From positions 5,438 through 69,437 of the forward strand of contig JAZDFE010000016.1 of assembly GCA_043808175.1 (NCBI GenBank): a DNA stretch of 64,000 bases, given 5' to 3'. The notes below the pieces were generated by a model, which worked only from the letters and a program-made list of their open reading frames with translations, had not been told where the DNA came from and made no database searches. A program made the translations under genes and the position numbers. Positions 35,922 to 44,680 of this stretch are shown here, piece by piece. This stretch comes from Candidatus Omnitrophota bacterium (GTDB lineage: Bacteria > Omnitrophota > Omnitrophia > Omnitrophales > Aquincolibacteriaceae). Numbering within the stretch: position 1 is the first letter of the stretch; every line of letters begins with the position of its first letter.

Positions 35922-36020
35922 CGTTTCGAATGGTACCAAATACTGTGGGGACGGCTACTTTTGGCTCGCCTTACGTGTCCCCGATGTGCCAGGTGCTTTT
36001 CCATATGCAGAATGCTCCTA
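35922..36020 (-). repeat. R6-a junction palindrome
   Basis: In gene sense: ...GCACCTGGCACATCGGGGACACGTAAGGCGAGCCAAAAGTAGCCGTCCCCACAGTATTTGGTACCATTCGAA. Confidence 0.7.
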
Positions 36021-36047
36021 AACAGGACGTCTATTATTTCCAGCTTG

Positions 36048-36638
36048 TTAGCCAAATAGATCTAGCTTTATACATTCGTACTTCTTTCCATCGCGGACAT
36101 TTCTGAGATTTCTAGTAACAGATCTTGGTTTATACTTATCAAGCCCAAGCTTCATTGCTCTAAATGCATACTTAGACATAAGTACTTTGTATTGCGGGTG
36201 ATTATCTTTATCTTTTATCGCATCCTGCAAACGGCACGCTATATTAATGGCGCGGCCTATATATTCTCGTTTCCCTAACATTATAATTCTTGAAAGACGT
36301 CCAATATTAACACCGAATGTGATACCTATAATTTCTGGCTTCGTCTCGAGTATTGTAGTAACTCTCTTTATTTCTTTTTGAAAATGAACGGATAACTTGT
36401 TCAGAAAATCCATTACACGATCTCCAGTTGCCGTATCAGGAAATAAAATGATCCAACCGTCACCAATAAATTTGTAAACCTCGTATCCAATAGTTGAAGC
36501 ATTGTCTTGTAAAAAACGTTTCACGCTGATAAGTAAATTTATGTATTTGTTTAGATTATTTGTTAAATGCAGGTCTTCAATGATATTAGAAGAAGAGCAA
36601 ATGTCGAAGGTAACTATAATTTTATTTTCATTGGTCAT
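36048..36638 (-). CDS. Minimal stand-alone class III nucleotidyl cyclase (adenylate/guanylate-cyclase fold)
   Basis: 196 aa. Metal-Asp positions lie in IVTFDICSSS and YKFIGDGWIILFP. The conserved block ITFGVNIGRLSRIIMLGKREYIGRAINIACRLQD is present, and an AAGGAG Shine-Dalgarno sequence sits 7 nt upstream. Confidence 0.75.
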   Translation of the reverse strand: MTNENKIIVTFDICSSSNIIEDLHLTNNLNKYINLLISVKRFLQDNASTIGYEVYKFIGDGWIILFPDTATGDRVMDFLNKLSVHFQKEIKRVTTILETKPEIIGITFGVNIGRLSRIIMLGKREYIGRAINIACRLQDAIKDKDNHPQYKVLMSKYAFRAMKLGLDKYKPRSVTRNLRNVRDGKKYECIKLDLFG

Positions 36639-36696
36639 AATGTGTCTCCTTCATTTCAAATCAAGTGGCTTTTTTAGTATTCTCAGAATTATCTCA

Positions 36697-36788
36697 TAGA
36701 ATGGCGCCAGGCACTAAAGGAACGGCTATTTTTGGCTCACCTTACGTGCCCCCCCGCAATACCAGGTATCGTTCTAGGCGCCGTTCTA
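36697..36788 (-). repeat. R6-b junction palindrome
   Basis: In gene sense: TAGAACGGCGCCTAGAACGATACCTGGTATTGCGGGGGGGCACGTAAGGTGAGCCAAAAATAGCCGTTCCTTTAGTGCCTGGCGCCATTCTA. The outer arms pair at 11 of 12 positions. Confidence 0.75.
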
Positions 36789-36792
36789 AAAA

Positions 36793-38067
36793 TTACATAA
36801 CAAAAAAAGCCGGCTTTTTAGTGCTTGGCTTCCCACCGGGCTTGAATCCTCTAATGCCACCGTCTTGTGACACTTTAATGCCAAGACCAAGTTTACTCAG
36901 TGTTTTGGCTGCTGCAAGTCGACCGCCCCCCGTACTTCCACCTGGAATTTTCAAGATTGCACCTACTGCTAAAATATTTCCTTTATAATCTAGTAGCGTG
37001 GCCCCATCTATCGCCAAGAGTTCTTGCCTTAGACGACGATCTAGATCTTGAAAACGTCGGTTTTTAACGATTTGGTTTATAGCTTTCGCCTTAACAGAAA
37101 TGGACGTGGATAATTCGTCATCGTCTTTTACAAGTTTTTGCCACCTTTCTAAATTTTCTCGCAGGACAACACCAATGCATCCGCCATTACGAGCGAACGA
37201 TGCATCTAAGCAACTTTCATAAATTGCATTCCGAACTTTTCTGTCTTTTGGTGGAGACATTTGCCGTATAACTGAACCATGTGTAAGGAAATGCCACTTG
37301 CCGCCCCTGCGCGTGAATAATAGTTTTTTATTTTTAAAAACAAAGATTTCTCCCAATCGATTCAATGCAAAAGCTATTTTTTGATTCTGGGCCCATTCTG
37401 CAATAGGTGCTTGCCGATATGGCGCAAATACTGAAGCATCTTCTGGCTTTAGATGTTTCAATGATTCATGCCCAAGCAACCGGCCCAGCAAATTAAACGA
37501 ATAAAGCGTATCAAATCCATTGCTCAGCACTAGCCCGAAGTCTTCCTTGCTTATTTCATCAAGAAGGGTTTCCTTATCCCTTCGGTTAGGTTCAAAACCC
37601 AAAGCTGCGGTGATGGGTTTTCCTTCATATAGTCTACTTGCCCAAAGGGTTAAATAATCAATGGCTTTTAGCACAACACCTTCGTCCTTTTTATTCTCGG
37701 TTATAGCTTTCGCTACTATCCTGCGCTGAAAGGTTGATAACAAATCATCCCGATAAAATTCGGATTGAAGACCATCTTCCATTTCTCGAATGACCTCAAC
37801 GAAAGCTTTTACAACATTTATTTCCTTCACACCGGGCTGATTTATCTGCTCGAAATCCTGATGACGATTAAGCTCAAATTGGTAGTTATTATCTGGGGAC
37901 GTTGTAAAACGAATCTTGCAGGGATGAGAAAATGATACAAAATTTCTTATTCTGTTAGGCGGATTATCAATCAATTTCAAGCTGGCCCCTGAAAAAAGAG
38001 GCGTTAAATTATTGTCAGCAATATCAAATAAAAACTTTTTATCCAAACTTTTGCTTGCCGGGCTCAT
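36793..38067 (-). CDS. Protein with a C-terminal DisA_N/diadenylate-cyclase-like domain (divergent motifs) and a large N-terminal region of unknown function
   Basis: 424 aa. The C-terminus reads ...FARNGGCIGVVL...LLAIDGATLLDYKGNILAVGAILKIPGGSTGGGRLAAAKTLSKLGLGIKVSQDGGIRGF. The DGA motif is kept, and GRL stands where RHR is expected. Confidence 0.55.
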   Translation of the reverse strand: MSPASKSLDKKFLFDIADNNLTPLFSGASLKLIDNPPNRIRNFVSFSHPCKIRFTTSPDNNYQFELNRHQDFEQINQPGVKEINVVKAFVEVIREMEDGLQSEFYRDDLLSTFQRRIVAKAITENKKDEGVVLKAIDYLTLWASRLYEGKPITAALGFEPNRRDKETLLDEISKEDFGLVLSNGFDTLYSFNLLGRLLGHESLKHLKPEDASVFAPYRQAPIAEWAQNQKIAFALNRLGEIFVFKNKKLLFTRRGGKWHFLTHGSVIRQMSPPKDRKVRNAIYESCLDASFARNGGCIGVVLRENLERWQKLVKDDDELSTSISVKAKAINQIVKNRRFQDLDRRLRQELLAIDGATLLDYKGNILAVGAILKIPGGSTGGGRLAAAKTLSKLGLGIKVSQDGGIRGFKPGGKPSTKKPAFFVM

Positions 38068-38087
38068 TTACTATATCCTTTCAACAT

Positions 38088-38167
38088 AAATTCCGGGGAC
38101 CCCGCGCAACAAGTCTCCGGGGCAGGCATATCACTTAATCCTATTCCCTCACCCGTTCGGCGTGCCC
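38088..38167 (-). repeat. D1 junction element plus a decayed SNase 3'-end remnant
   Basis: 38141-38167 encodes GHAERVRE then a stop on the minus strand. 38088-38140 (aaattccggggaccccgcgcaacaagtctccggggcaggcatatcacttaatc) matches 45936-45987. Confidence 0.75.
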
Positions 38168-38237
38168 CTGAAACAAAAAGAGAGCCGCCCAATATGAGCA
38201 GCTCCCCTATTGCAATGGGTCTTCTAAACATCCCAAC

Positions 38238-38612
38238 CTATGCCTTTACCATCATCACGTTGACATTAGTTTGCTCTATGCTGTGGGAGCCGGCGGCAAG
38301 CAATCCAAAAAGCGGAATGAGAAAAAGGACTCCGCCAACAATATCCAAAATTCCTGTGGTGTTAAGCGAATTCCCTATCGACCTTTGGATGGTAACGTAT
38401 CCGTCTTTCTTGGCCATGAGCTGGACATTTTCATTTCGTTTCACTACTGCCGAAGCGGTACCCGATCCAGCCATTGAACCATTGATATAGATCTGAGTAT
38501 CTGGTTGGTCAGTAGTTACTGTCATGGTTTGGGTTGAGGAACGAAAGCATGAGCAACCAGTAAGGTTGAACAGCATTACGAGACAAACTAAAAGTGAAAG
38601 CGCCTTCTTCAT
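38238..38612 (-). CDS. PEGA-like lipoprotein with a C-terminal TM segment
   Basis: Lipobox LFNLTGC, then TQIYINGSMAGSGTASAVVKRNENVQLMAKKDGY. Confidence 0.6.
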   Translation of the reverse strand: MKKALSLLVCLVMLFNLTGCSCFRSSTQTMTVTTDQPDTQIYINGSMAGSGTASAVVKRNENVQLMAKKDGYVTIQRSIGNSLNTTGILDIVGGVLFLIPLFGLLAAGSHSIEQTNVNVMMVKA

Positions 38613-38650
38613 GGCGGGCCTCCTTTGGTAGGTGAGTAGTATAAACCGAA

Positions 38651-38801
38651 AAAATCCAGGGACACATTACTTAATGTTATTCCCTCACTCGTACCGCATG
38701 TCCTGCCTCGAGTAAGCGGCACTGACTTTTATTGAAATGCTGTTTTTGAAGTCAGTACTACAAAAAACGTTGTTATTAAGGTATTCCTGTTTGCCGGCTT
38801 T
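38651..38801 (-). repeat. Short D1 motif + SNase 3'-end remnant + R5 repeat
   Basis: 38677-38715 encodes LLEAGHAVRVRE then a stop. 38694-38801 is nearly identical to 44573-44680, including the hairpin actgactt..aagtcagt. Confidence 0.8.
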
Positions 38802-38812
38802 TCACAGCCCGA

Positions 38813-39979
38813 TCACTGCCGTCCCGTGAACCTGTAGCGGGTCGAGCGGCCGGAACCTTCGGGCCCAAGAAGCCCGAGCTTCATCAGATGGATGAAATCT
38901 TTGCGGGCAGTCTCGTCGGAACAGCGATTCAGTTTGCAATATTTCCGGGTCGTGATCCATTCCCCGCTTTCTATCATCCACCGTAATGCCTTGATGTGTT
39001 TTTTGTCCAATCTTGCCCATGTGTTCTGCCCGAGCACTTGTTTGATGTCCTTGATCTTCCCCTCTTTTTCAAGCTGGGTTTTGACCCGGGCGAGCTGGTC
39101 TCTCAAGGCTTCCAGGTAATAGAGGACAAAATAAGTCGCGTCATAGCCGTGTTCTTCGGCCGCCTGGATGGACTTGTAGTAAGCGGCCTTATGGTGCTCG
39201 AAATAGTCCGAGGGCGCGAGAAGGTTGATGAAGCCATACCCCTGTTTTTCAAGATAGAGATTGGAGAGGGCCCTGGCACTCCGGCCGTTCCCGTCATCAA
39301 AGGGATGGACATGAACAAAGTAGAGATGCACAAGGGCGGCATTCACAAGCGGATGGATCCCTGGCTCGCGATTCATCCATTCTATAAAGCGGTCCATCAT
39401 GCCCGGGACTTCTCCCGCGGGAGGCCCTTCGTAAACAACCCGGCCGTGTCCGTCCACGACATAGATGGGGCCTTGACGGTATTTGCCAACCGTGATGGGA
39501 CGGTCCTTGTGAGTGTTGTAGACCAAGATCTTGTGCAGTCCATGGATCCTCTCATGGGTGAAAGGGTCTGCTTTATGCTTGTGCATAAATTCCAGGGCAA
39601 GCTTGTTGTTGTAAATCATCTGCATACTTTCATCCGCGAAGTCTTTTTCCTTCCGGTTCATGTTTCGAAGCGCCGCTTCCAGCGATGTGACAGCCCCTTC
39701 AATGCGGCTCGAATAGTAGGCTTCTTGCTTGAGAGCGCTCTTGGAAAGGGCCAGGACAGAAACGGGAGAAAGCTTGAGAGAGGAGAGAAATCCCTTATCT
39801 TGAGAAATCGTGGAAATAAGGGAAAGGACTTCCGGGATCAGGACCATCCAAAAGGGTCTTCCGTTCTTCGCGGGTAAACCGACGGCTTGGGCCTTTTTAG
39901 CTCTTTCTTTTTCGAAAGCCGTCCACGCCTTTTCGCCCAAAGCGCCTAGGGTTTGAGATCTTGTCAGATAAGCATTCAT
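38813..39979 (-). CDS. Fic-family protein (AMPylase-type) with a C-terminal winged-helix domain
   Basis: Has the Fic motif HPFDDGNGRSARAL. Confidence 0.9.
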   Translation of the reverse strand: MNAYLTRSQTLGALGEKAWTAFEKERAKKAQAVGLPAKNGRPFWMVLIPEVLSLISTISQDKGFLSSLKLSPVSVLALSKSALKQEAYYSSRIEGAVTSLEAALRNMNRKEKDFADESMQMIYNNKLALEFMHKHKADPFTHERIHGLHKILVYNTHKDRPITVGKYRQGPIYVVDGHGRVVYEGPPAGEVPGMMDRFIEWMNREPGIHPLVNAALVHLYFVHVHPFDDGNGRSARALSNLYLEKQGYGFINLLAPSDYFEHHKAAYYKSIQAAEEHGYDATYFVLYYLEALRDQLARVKTQLEKEGKIKDIKQVLGQNTWARLDKKHIKALRWMIESGEWITTRKYCKLNRCSDETARKDFIHLMKLGLLGPEGSGRSTRYRFTGRQ

Positions 39980-40063
39980 TTCGAGACCCTTATAATCGCC
40001 AAGTTAATCGCCAACTATTCGCCAATTATATTACACGGTCCTTGGTGATTTGTCCAGTCGTCA

Positions 40064-40381
40064 TTATTCCCTCACTTTCACGGCCATCCCCTTTTCCAGC
40101 AATAGGTTGTTCAGGTAAACCTGTTTTCCTGCTTTGTCTGCAATATACTCGTGCCCTGTGGCACCAGTGCCTGCCGCCCTGACTTTTTTGTTCTTTTCAT
40201 TAGCGGTAGTTAGGGCGGCCCCAATCTCCGCTTCGCTACGATTGATCGGTATTGGAACCGCCGAAGCTTTGAGGCTTCGTGCGGGCAGGAATACATCACC
40301 TAAATAGCGGCCCCATTTTTTGCGGGTCTGGGTGTGAATGGTACCGGATACCGTGGGGACGGCTATTTTTGACGCATTCAA
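40064..40381 (-). pseudogene. 3' fragment of a staphylococcal-nuclease (SNase)-like gene
   Basis: ...GRYLGDVFLPA...AAGTGATGHEYIADKAGKQVYLNNLLLEKGMAVKVRE parallels the C-terminus of 45988..47166. The apparent N-terminus is encoded by repeat R6-c, and an F3 repeat is inserted in-frame. Confidence 0.65.
40217..40258. repeat. F3 (CCCAAT) hairpin inside the SNase fragment
   Basis: ggccccaatctccgcttcgctacgattgatcggtattggaac. It is translated as ...VPIPINRSEAEIGA... Confidence 0.7.
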
Positions 40382-40405
40382 TTTGTTCCTTCGGTACCGG
40401 ATACT
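40336..40405 (-). repeat. R6-c junction palindrome
   Basis: In gene sense: AGTATCCGGTACCGAAGGAACAAATTGAATGCGTCAAAAATAGCCGTCCCCACGGTATCCGGTACCATTC. It starts 9 nt after the stop of the 40414 gene. Confidence 0.65.
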
Positions 40406-40413
40406 ATTTTATG

Positions 40414-41940
40414 CTACTGATTTTTCTCAGGCGGCAATTTTTTAGAAGGTTTTGAAGTATCGTTCCCGCCTCCGGCTGAATTCTGACCGGAGCCGGTCCC
40501 TTGCAGTATCGGTCCCCCCGGGGCCGAGAACGGCTCGGGGCCGGCCCCTTTCAGGTCAATCACGCTGGAATTAAGGAGCCGTTCGCCATCAAGACCGGGC
40601 GAAGGGGGAGCGTTTGACGCGGGAGGCAGCGTCAGATGATTTTCAATCTGCCATGGATTTACGCGCTTGGGGATCCGATCGGCTGAAACGCCCAGTGCGC
40701 CGGCAAGTTCTCCGCGACGCTCTTGCATCGTTTCCAGCGCTGTTTCTATTTCTTTACGGTTTTGGGACTGGTAAGTTAAATTTCCTTCAACACGGGTTTC
40801 TGCACCCTGTACTTTTTCTTTGAACTTGTAATAGGCCACTACTCCATCCTTCACAGAATCCGCGGCCATCCCATATAGCGGAATTTGAGCGATTCCTTTG
40901 AAGACCAATCTGTAATCCGGATGACGTATCATGTCGATATATTCGTCATAGTTCACGAGAATGTCTAAAAGCTGAAGATAGTCACTCCCTGTCTTACTCC
41001 ACTCCTTCTCCTTGAACCGATCGGATTTGAGTGTCTCACCGGCTAAACCCAGGGCGAAATTAAACCCTGCAGATTCCAAATCGCTGGTCATTTTTTTAAC
41101 GGCTTCCGGGAACTCCTTGCTTTGCTCCTCAAACTCAAGGCCTCTCATTTTCTCCGAGTCCATCAAGGCATCATAATCCTTTTCAGCCTTGCATAAGGCA
41201 TCGTAAGCTTCCCGGGCCTCCGGATGGTTGCTGAGCAGCTGTTCCATTTCATCCCGGCTTAAAAGCGTTTTTTCCGCGGGCGTCGTCTTGGATTTTTCCG
41301 CCTCCAGTTGTTTTTCGGTCTCCGCGATCTCCCGGCGAATGCCCGCCAGCGCAGCATTTTCCTGTTGAACCTGCATTTCTAATTGCCGGCTCCGTGAAGC
41401 CGCGGCTTGGCGTTGGGCGCTTATTTGTTCCACCCGACCCGATAACGTGCTCATGTTGGCTTGGTCCGCAGCGATCTGGGATTGCAAATTCTGCGCTTGC
41501 GAGGCAAATTGCATGGCGCGATTGCTAAAAGCTTGGGTCGGTGCCATCAGGGCTTCTGCGCCACCGACGGAGCGCGTGCCGCGGATCTGGCCCAAAAGAC
41601 CGTTCCCTTGCGCATAAATCTGGTTCGATTGATTTTGAAGCAAGGTCTGGCGGCTCTGTAAGCGGTTCTGAACGGCCTGGAGTTTACTTCGCAGATCCAG
41701 CTCCTCGGCTTTCAGCTGATCCTCTTGGGACCGGGATCGTGCCCACATTCCCTTCAGCTGTTGGAGCTTTTGCCCCACCCTGCTCTCTTGGTTTTTCAAA
41801 TCCGCGAGTTTGCGGGAAAGGTCCGCGACATCGGCAGTCAACAGAGGGGCGTTGGTCAAAAAACACGCCGAGAGCAAAACGAAAAGCGGCAAAAATCGTT
41901 TCGGCAAAATCTCTTTCTTTCTTGCGAGAAAAGGGGCCAT
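40414..41940 (-). CDS. Secreted long coiled-coil protein
   Basis: 508 aa. Signal peptide, then about 200 aa of Q/A/L-rich heptads, a globular middle, and a Gly/Pro-rich tail. Confidence 0.6.
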   Translation of the reverse strand: MAPFLARKKEILPKRFLPLFVLLSACFLTNAPLLTADVADLSRKLADLKNQESRVGQKLQQLKGMWARSRSQEDQLKAEELDLRSKLQAVQNRLQSRQTLLQNQSNQIYAQGNGLLGQIRGTRSVGGAEALMAPTQAFSNRAMQFASQAQNLQSQIAADQANMSTLSGRVEQISAQRQAAASRSRQLEMQVQQENAALAGIRREIAETEKQLEAEKSKTTPAEKTLLSRDEMEQLLSNHPEAREAYDALCKAEKDYDALMDSEKMRGLEFEEQSKEFPEAVKKMTSDLESAGFNFALGLAGETLKSDRFKEKEWSKTGSDYLQLLDILVNYDEYIDMIRHPDYRLVFKGIAQIPLYGMAADSVKDGVVAYYKFKEKVQGAETRVEGNLTYQSQNRKEIETALETMQERRGELAGALGVSADRIPKRVNPWQIENHLTLPPASNAPPSPGLDGERLLNSSVIDLKGAGPEPFSAPGGPILQGTGSGQNSAGGGNDTSKPSKKLPPEKNQ

Positions 41941-41946
41941 CAGATT

Positions 41947-42519
41947 TTACACCGGTTTCTGGGTAGCAGAAGACAGCGTCGGGCTCGTTGCCACAGCGCT
42001 CCCGGCCTCGGCTTCGTAATTTTCGATAACCGCCGGCGGAGGATATGCGGATAAAAGAAGTTTTGCATCCCGCTCCGTCAGGAGGCTTCGCTGGGCGAGT
42101 CCGCCAAAGTAAAGGTAATAAGAATGTCCCTCCTCAGCTTTGATGATATAAGAAGCGAAGTTGGTAACGAACCAGCCCTGGTTATATTCATCGCCGCGCT
42201 TTGCAAATTTGATCGTGGTTTCGCCTGGATCCCGTTCCCAGCAAAGATAACTCGCGCTTTGTAGTTCACCGATGACTGTTCGACCATCGATGATCCGAAT
42301 ATGTCCCTGCCCAATGACGTTTAAAATCCCGGGGTTAAGGTTAGTGATAAAAAAGATCCGCGCTTTTTTCGCATTGACCGGTCCGGAAATATTCTGCGGA
42401 ACAGGGACATATTGCTGGGCGGCGCTAAGAGCGGTACGCGGTGTCAAAGGCACTGAGACGCAGCTTGATAAAAAAAGTGCCCCGCATACCGCTATTATTT
42501 TTTTTATTTTCAGGGTCAT
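41947..42519 (-). CDS. Lipoprotein, DUF2846/PEGA-like
   Basis: MTLKIKKIIAVCGALFLSSC lipobox. The ORF-track start at 42543 is a GTG, and I prefer the ATG at 42519. Confidence 0.55.
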   Translation of the reverse strand: MTLKIKKIIAVCGALFLSSCVSVPLTPRTALSAAQQYVPVPQNISGPVNAKKARIFFITNLNPGILNVIGQGHIRIIDGRTVIGELQSASYLCWERDPGETTIKFAKRGDEYNQGWFVTNFASYIIKAEEGHSYYLYFGGLAQRSLLTERDAKLLLSAYPPPAVIENYEAEAGSAVATSPTLSSATQKPV

Positions 42520-42547
42520 AAAATCCCATGCCCTTGTTTTCACTTTG

Positions 42548-44176
42548 TCAGGGAACCGGCACTTCCGATCTCAGCTCGTTCAACCATGACCCTATTTGCG
42601 CGCGGCGTTTTTCCGCGATCGGGGACGGGTCTTTCGCCAGCTGTTGCAAGGTCGCGGTCAGATCATTCGAGGCCTTTGTTTTTTCTTTAAGCATTTTGTA
42701 GCAATAGCCGCGGCCGCGCAGGGCATTCGCGTAATTGGGGCTGGTGGCGAGCACCTGGTTGAATAATTCGATCGCTTTTTCGTACTCGCCCCGGAGCGCC
42801 CAGACCCAGGCGCGACCGGTTAACGCGACATCATACTTTGGATCCTGTGCCAGCACAGACTCAAAGTCCGAAGAGGCCCTGTCCAGGTCCTGCTTCTCAA
42901 GCCAACAAAACCCCCGGCTTGCCTGCACCCAAACCGCCTTGGGCTCCCAGGCCAAGACATGGTCAAAATCCTTGATCGCGGCGTCGTAATCATTGATCTT
43001 CCAGTACAGCTGTCCGCGGTCAAAAAGGACCTTGACCTGCAGCCGCGCGCGCAAGATACCGATCGCACGGGTCAGATCTGCGATGGCATCTTGCCAACGT
43101 TCTTTGATCTCATAAAATTTGGCCCTGTAGCGGTAACCATTGACAAATTCCGGATCCATGGCCAGGGCCTTCTGGAATCCGGCAAGCGCCGCCTTCGCAT
43201 CCCCCGTCTCCCACAGGTTGACCGCCTGCATCATCACAGCATATTTTTCGCTTTTGATATCGATCTCTCCGGTGACCATTTTCGACCGTATGAAAAGTGA
43301 GATCCCAAAATAAGTTTGATGGTAGGGCGTTTGGAAAAGAAGATGTCCCTCGCCCGTGTAGACCCTGAAGGATTCGGGGAAAATCCCGCCCGCGCCGTTT
43401 TTCCACACTTCTTCGACAATATAGTCAGGCTTCTCGAGTGAAAAATCCGTGACGCCTTTCCGGATCGAAGTGACCGCAAACCCGTCCTGTATGAACATTT
43501 CGTTGATCTGGTCGATGTAAGTTTCGTTCGCATTGCGGTTGGCCGTGTCTATTTTATTCTGTTCATAGGCATTGATCTTTTGAATGCCCTCCATAAATTG
43601 CCCCATGGCACCGAAAGCGCTTCCGCCAAAACCGCCGCCGTAGCCTCCGCCGCCGTAAGAGACCGAAGAAGATGCCGCGCTGATCATCGGCGATAGGGCG
43701 TCAAACACTTGTTTCATGTCATTCATGGAATTGGAGTTGCCGGTCCCACGCTGCAAGGTTTCGAACCTAGACTCGAGCTTAGTCCCTAATTTGATGGCAT
43801 GCTCTTTGGGGTCCTGGAGGCGTAAACTCACAATGTCCCATTGCATTCGGAGGAAGGGGTTTCGAAATCGAAGGTAGCGTTTGTCGTTTCCTCTTTCGAT
43901 CCACAAGTCGATACTCTCGGATTTGACTTGTTCCGCCTTTATCAATTCGGCTAATCCGTCCTCGACAAGGATCTCCGTCGGATGGGGCTGAGATCCGCCA
44001 GTGGGTGAGGCCGAAATGGCCGGGGTCGCCGGGGCCTGTTGGGGTGATACAGCATGACCCTGGTTTTCAGTTCTTGAAAAATTGGTCACAGGGCCAATGG
44101 TTGCACACCCCGCCTGTGCCAGGATCATCGCTCCTGCTGCGATCGCCATAGCATGATTTCGGCTCACTATCTCCAC
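42548..44176 (-). CDS. TPR-repeat lipoprotein
   Basis: Lipobox-like ILAQAGCAT, a Gly-rich segment (YGGGGYGGGFGG), and C-terminal tandem TPRs (ALAMDPEFVNGYRYRAKFY... etc). Confidence 0.65.
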   Translation of the reverse strand: MEIVSRNHAMAIAAGAMILAQAGCATIGPVTNFSRTENQGHAVSPQQAPATPAISASPTGGSQPHPTEILVEDGLAELIKAEQVKSESIDLWIERGNDKRYLRFRNPFLRMQWDIVSLRLQDPKEHAIKLGTKLESRFETLQRGTGNSNSMNDMKQVFDALSPMISAASSSVSYGGGGYGGGFGGSAFGAMGQFMEGIQKINAYEQNKIDTANRNANETYIDQINEMFIQDGFAVTSIRKGVTDFSLEKPDYIVEEVWKNGAGGIFPESFRVYTGEGHLLFQTPYHQTYFGISLFIRSKMVTGEIDIKSEKYAVMMQAVNLWETGDAKAALAGFQKALAMDPEFVNGYRYRAKFYEIKERWQDAIADLTRAIGILRARLQVKVLFDRGQLYWKINDYDAAIKDFDHVLAWEPKAVWVQASRGFCWLEKQDLDRASSDFESVLAQDPKYDVALTGRAWVWALRGEYEKAIELFNQVLATSPNYANALRGRGYCYKMLKEKTKASNDLTATLQQLAKDPSPIAEKRRAQIGSWLNELRSEVPVP

Positions 44177-44495
44177 GCCGGTTCCCTCTTCAGCTCGAAG
44201 CCCGCGGTCTTTTTAAACTTCGGTCGCTTTGATCAAAGCGACCCACCACGCGGAGCTAACCTCAGTTTTTACTCAAAAACACTTTCCCCGAAGCTATCGA
44301 CAAAAACCATCCGAAACAATAAATATATCTTTTTAAAGACTTCCCCATCCGGGATCGCACCGAATGACACATTTCAAGCAAAAGACGACATGGAGGTGTT
44401 AACTGACCTTACTCAACCATCCTCACAGCACTTGTGCCTTTGCACAAGTACGGCCCTGGTTTTCATTTTCTTTTAATCAACGGTAACCAGGACCG

Positions 44496-44535
44496 CCCCA
44501 ATCTCAGCTTCGCTTCAATTGGTTGGTATTGGGAC
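44496..44535. repeat. F3 (CCCAAT) hairpin
   Basis: ccccaatctcagcttcgcttcaattggttggtattgggac. Confidence 0.75.
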
Positions 44536-44555
44536 GGCAGAGTCGGAGCGTAAGG

Positions 44556-44680
44556 TCAGCTCCGTACTCTGACGGCATGTCCTTCTTCGAGTAAGCGGCA
44601 CTGACTTTTATTTAAATGCTGTTTTTGAAGTCAGTACTACAAAAAACGTTGTTATTAAGGTAGACCTGTTTGCCGGCTTT
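44556..44680 (-). repeat. SNase 3'-end remnant + R5 repeat
   Basis: 44556-44594 encodes LLEEGHAVRVRS then a stop. 44573-44680 matches 38694-38801, and its upper end supplies the last codons of the ATPase gene. Confidence 0.8.

Noticed and set aside
32660-40405. Canonical integron with attC sites
   Set aside because: No IntI-type recombinase is present in the window. The element ends (TAGAAC / ATTCTA) keep only the AAC triplet and do not fit RYYYAAC / GTTRRRY. The observation is kept only as a cassette-like finding.
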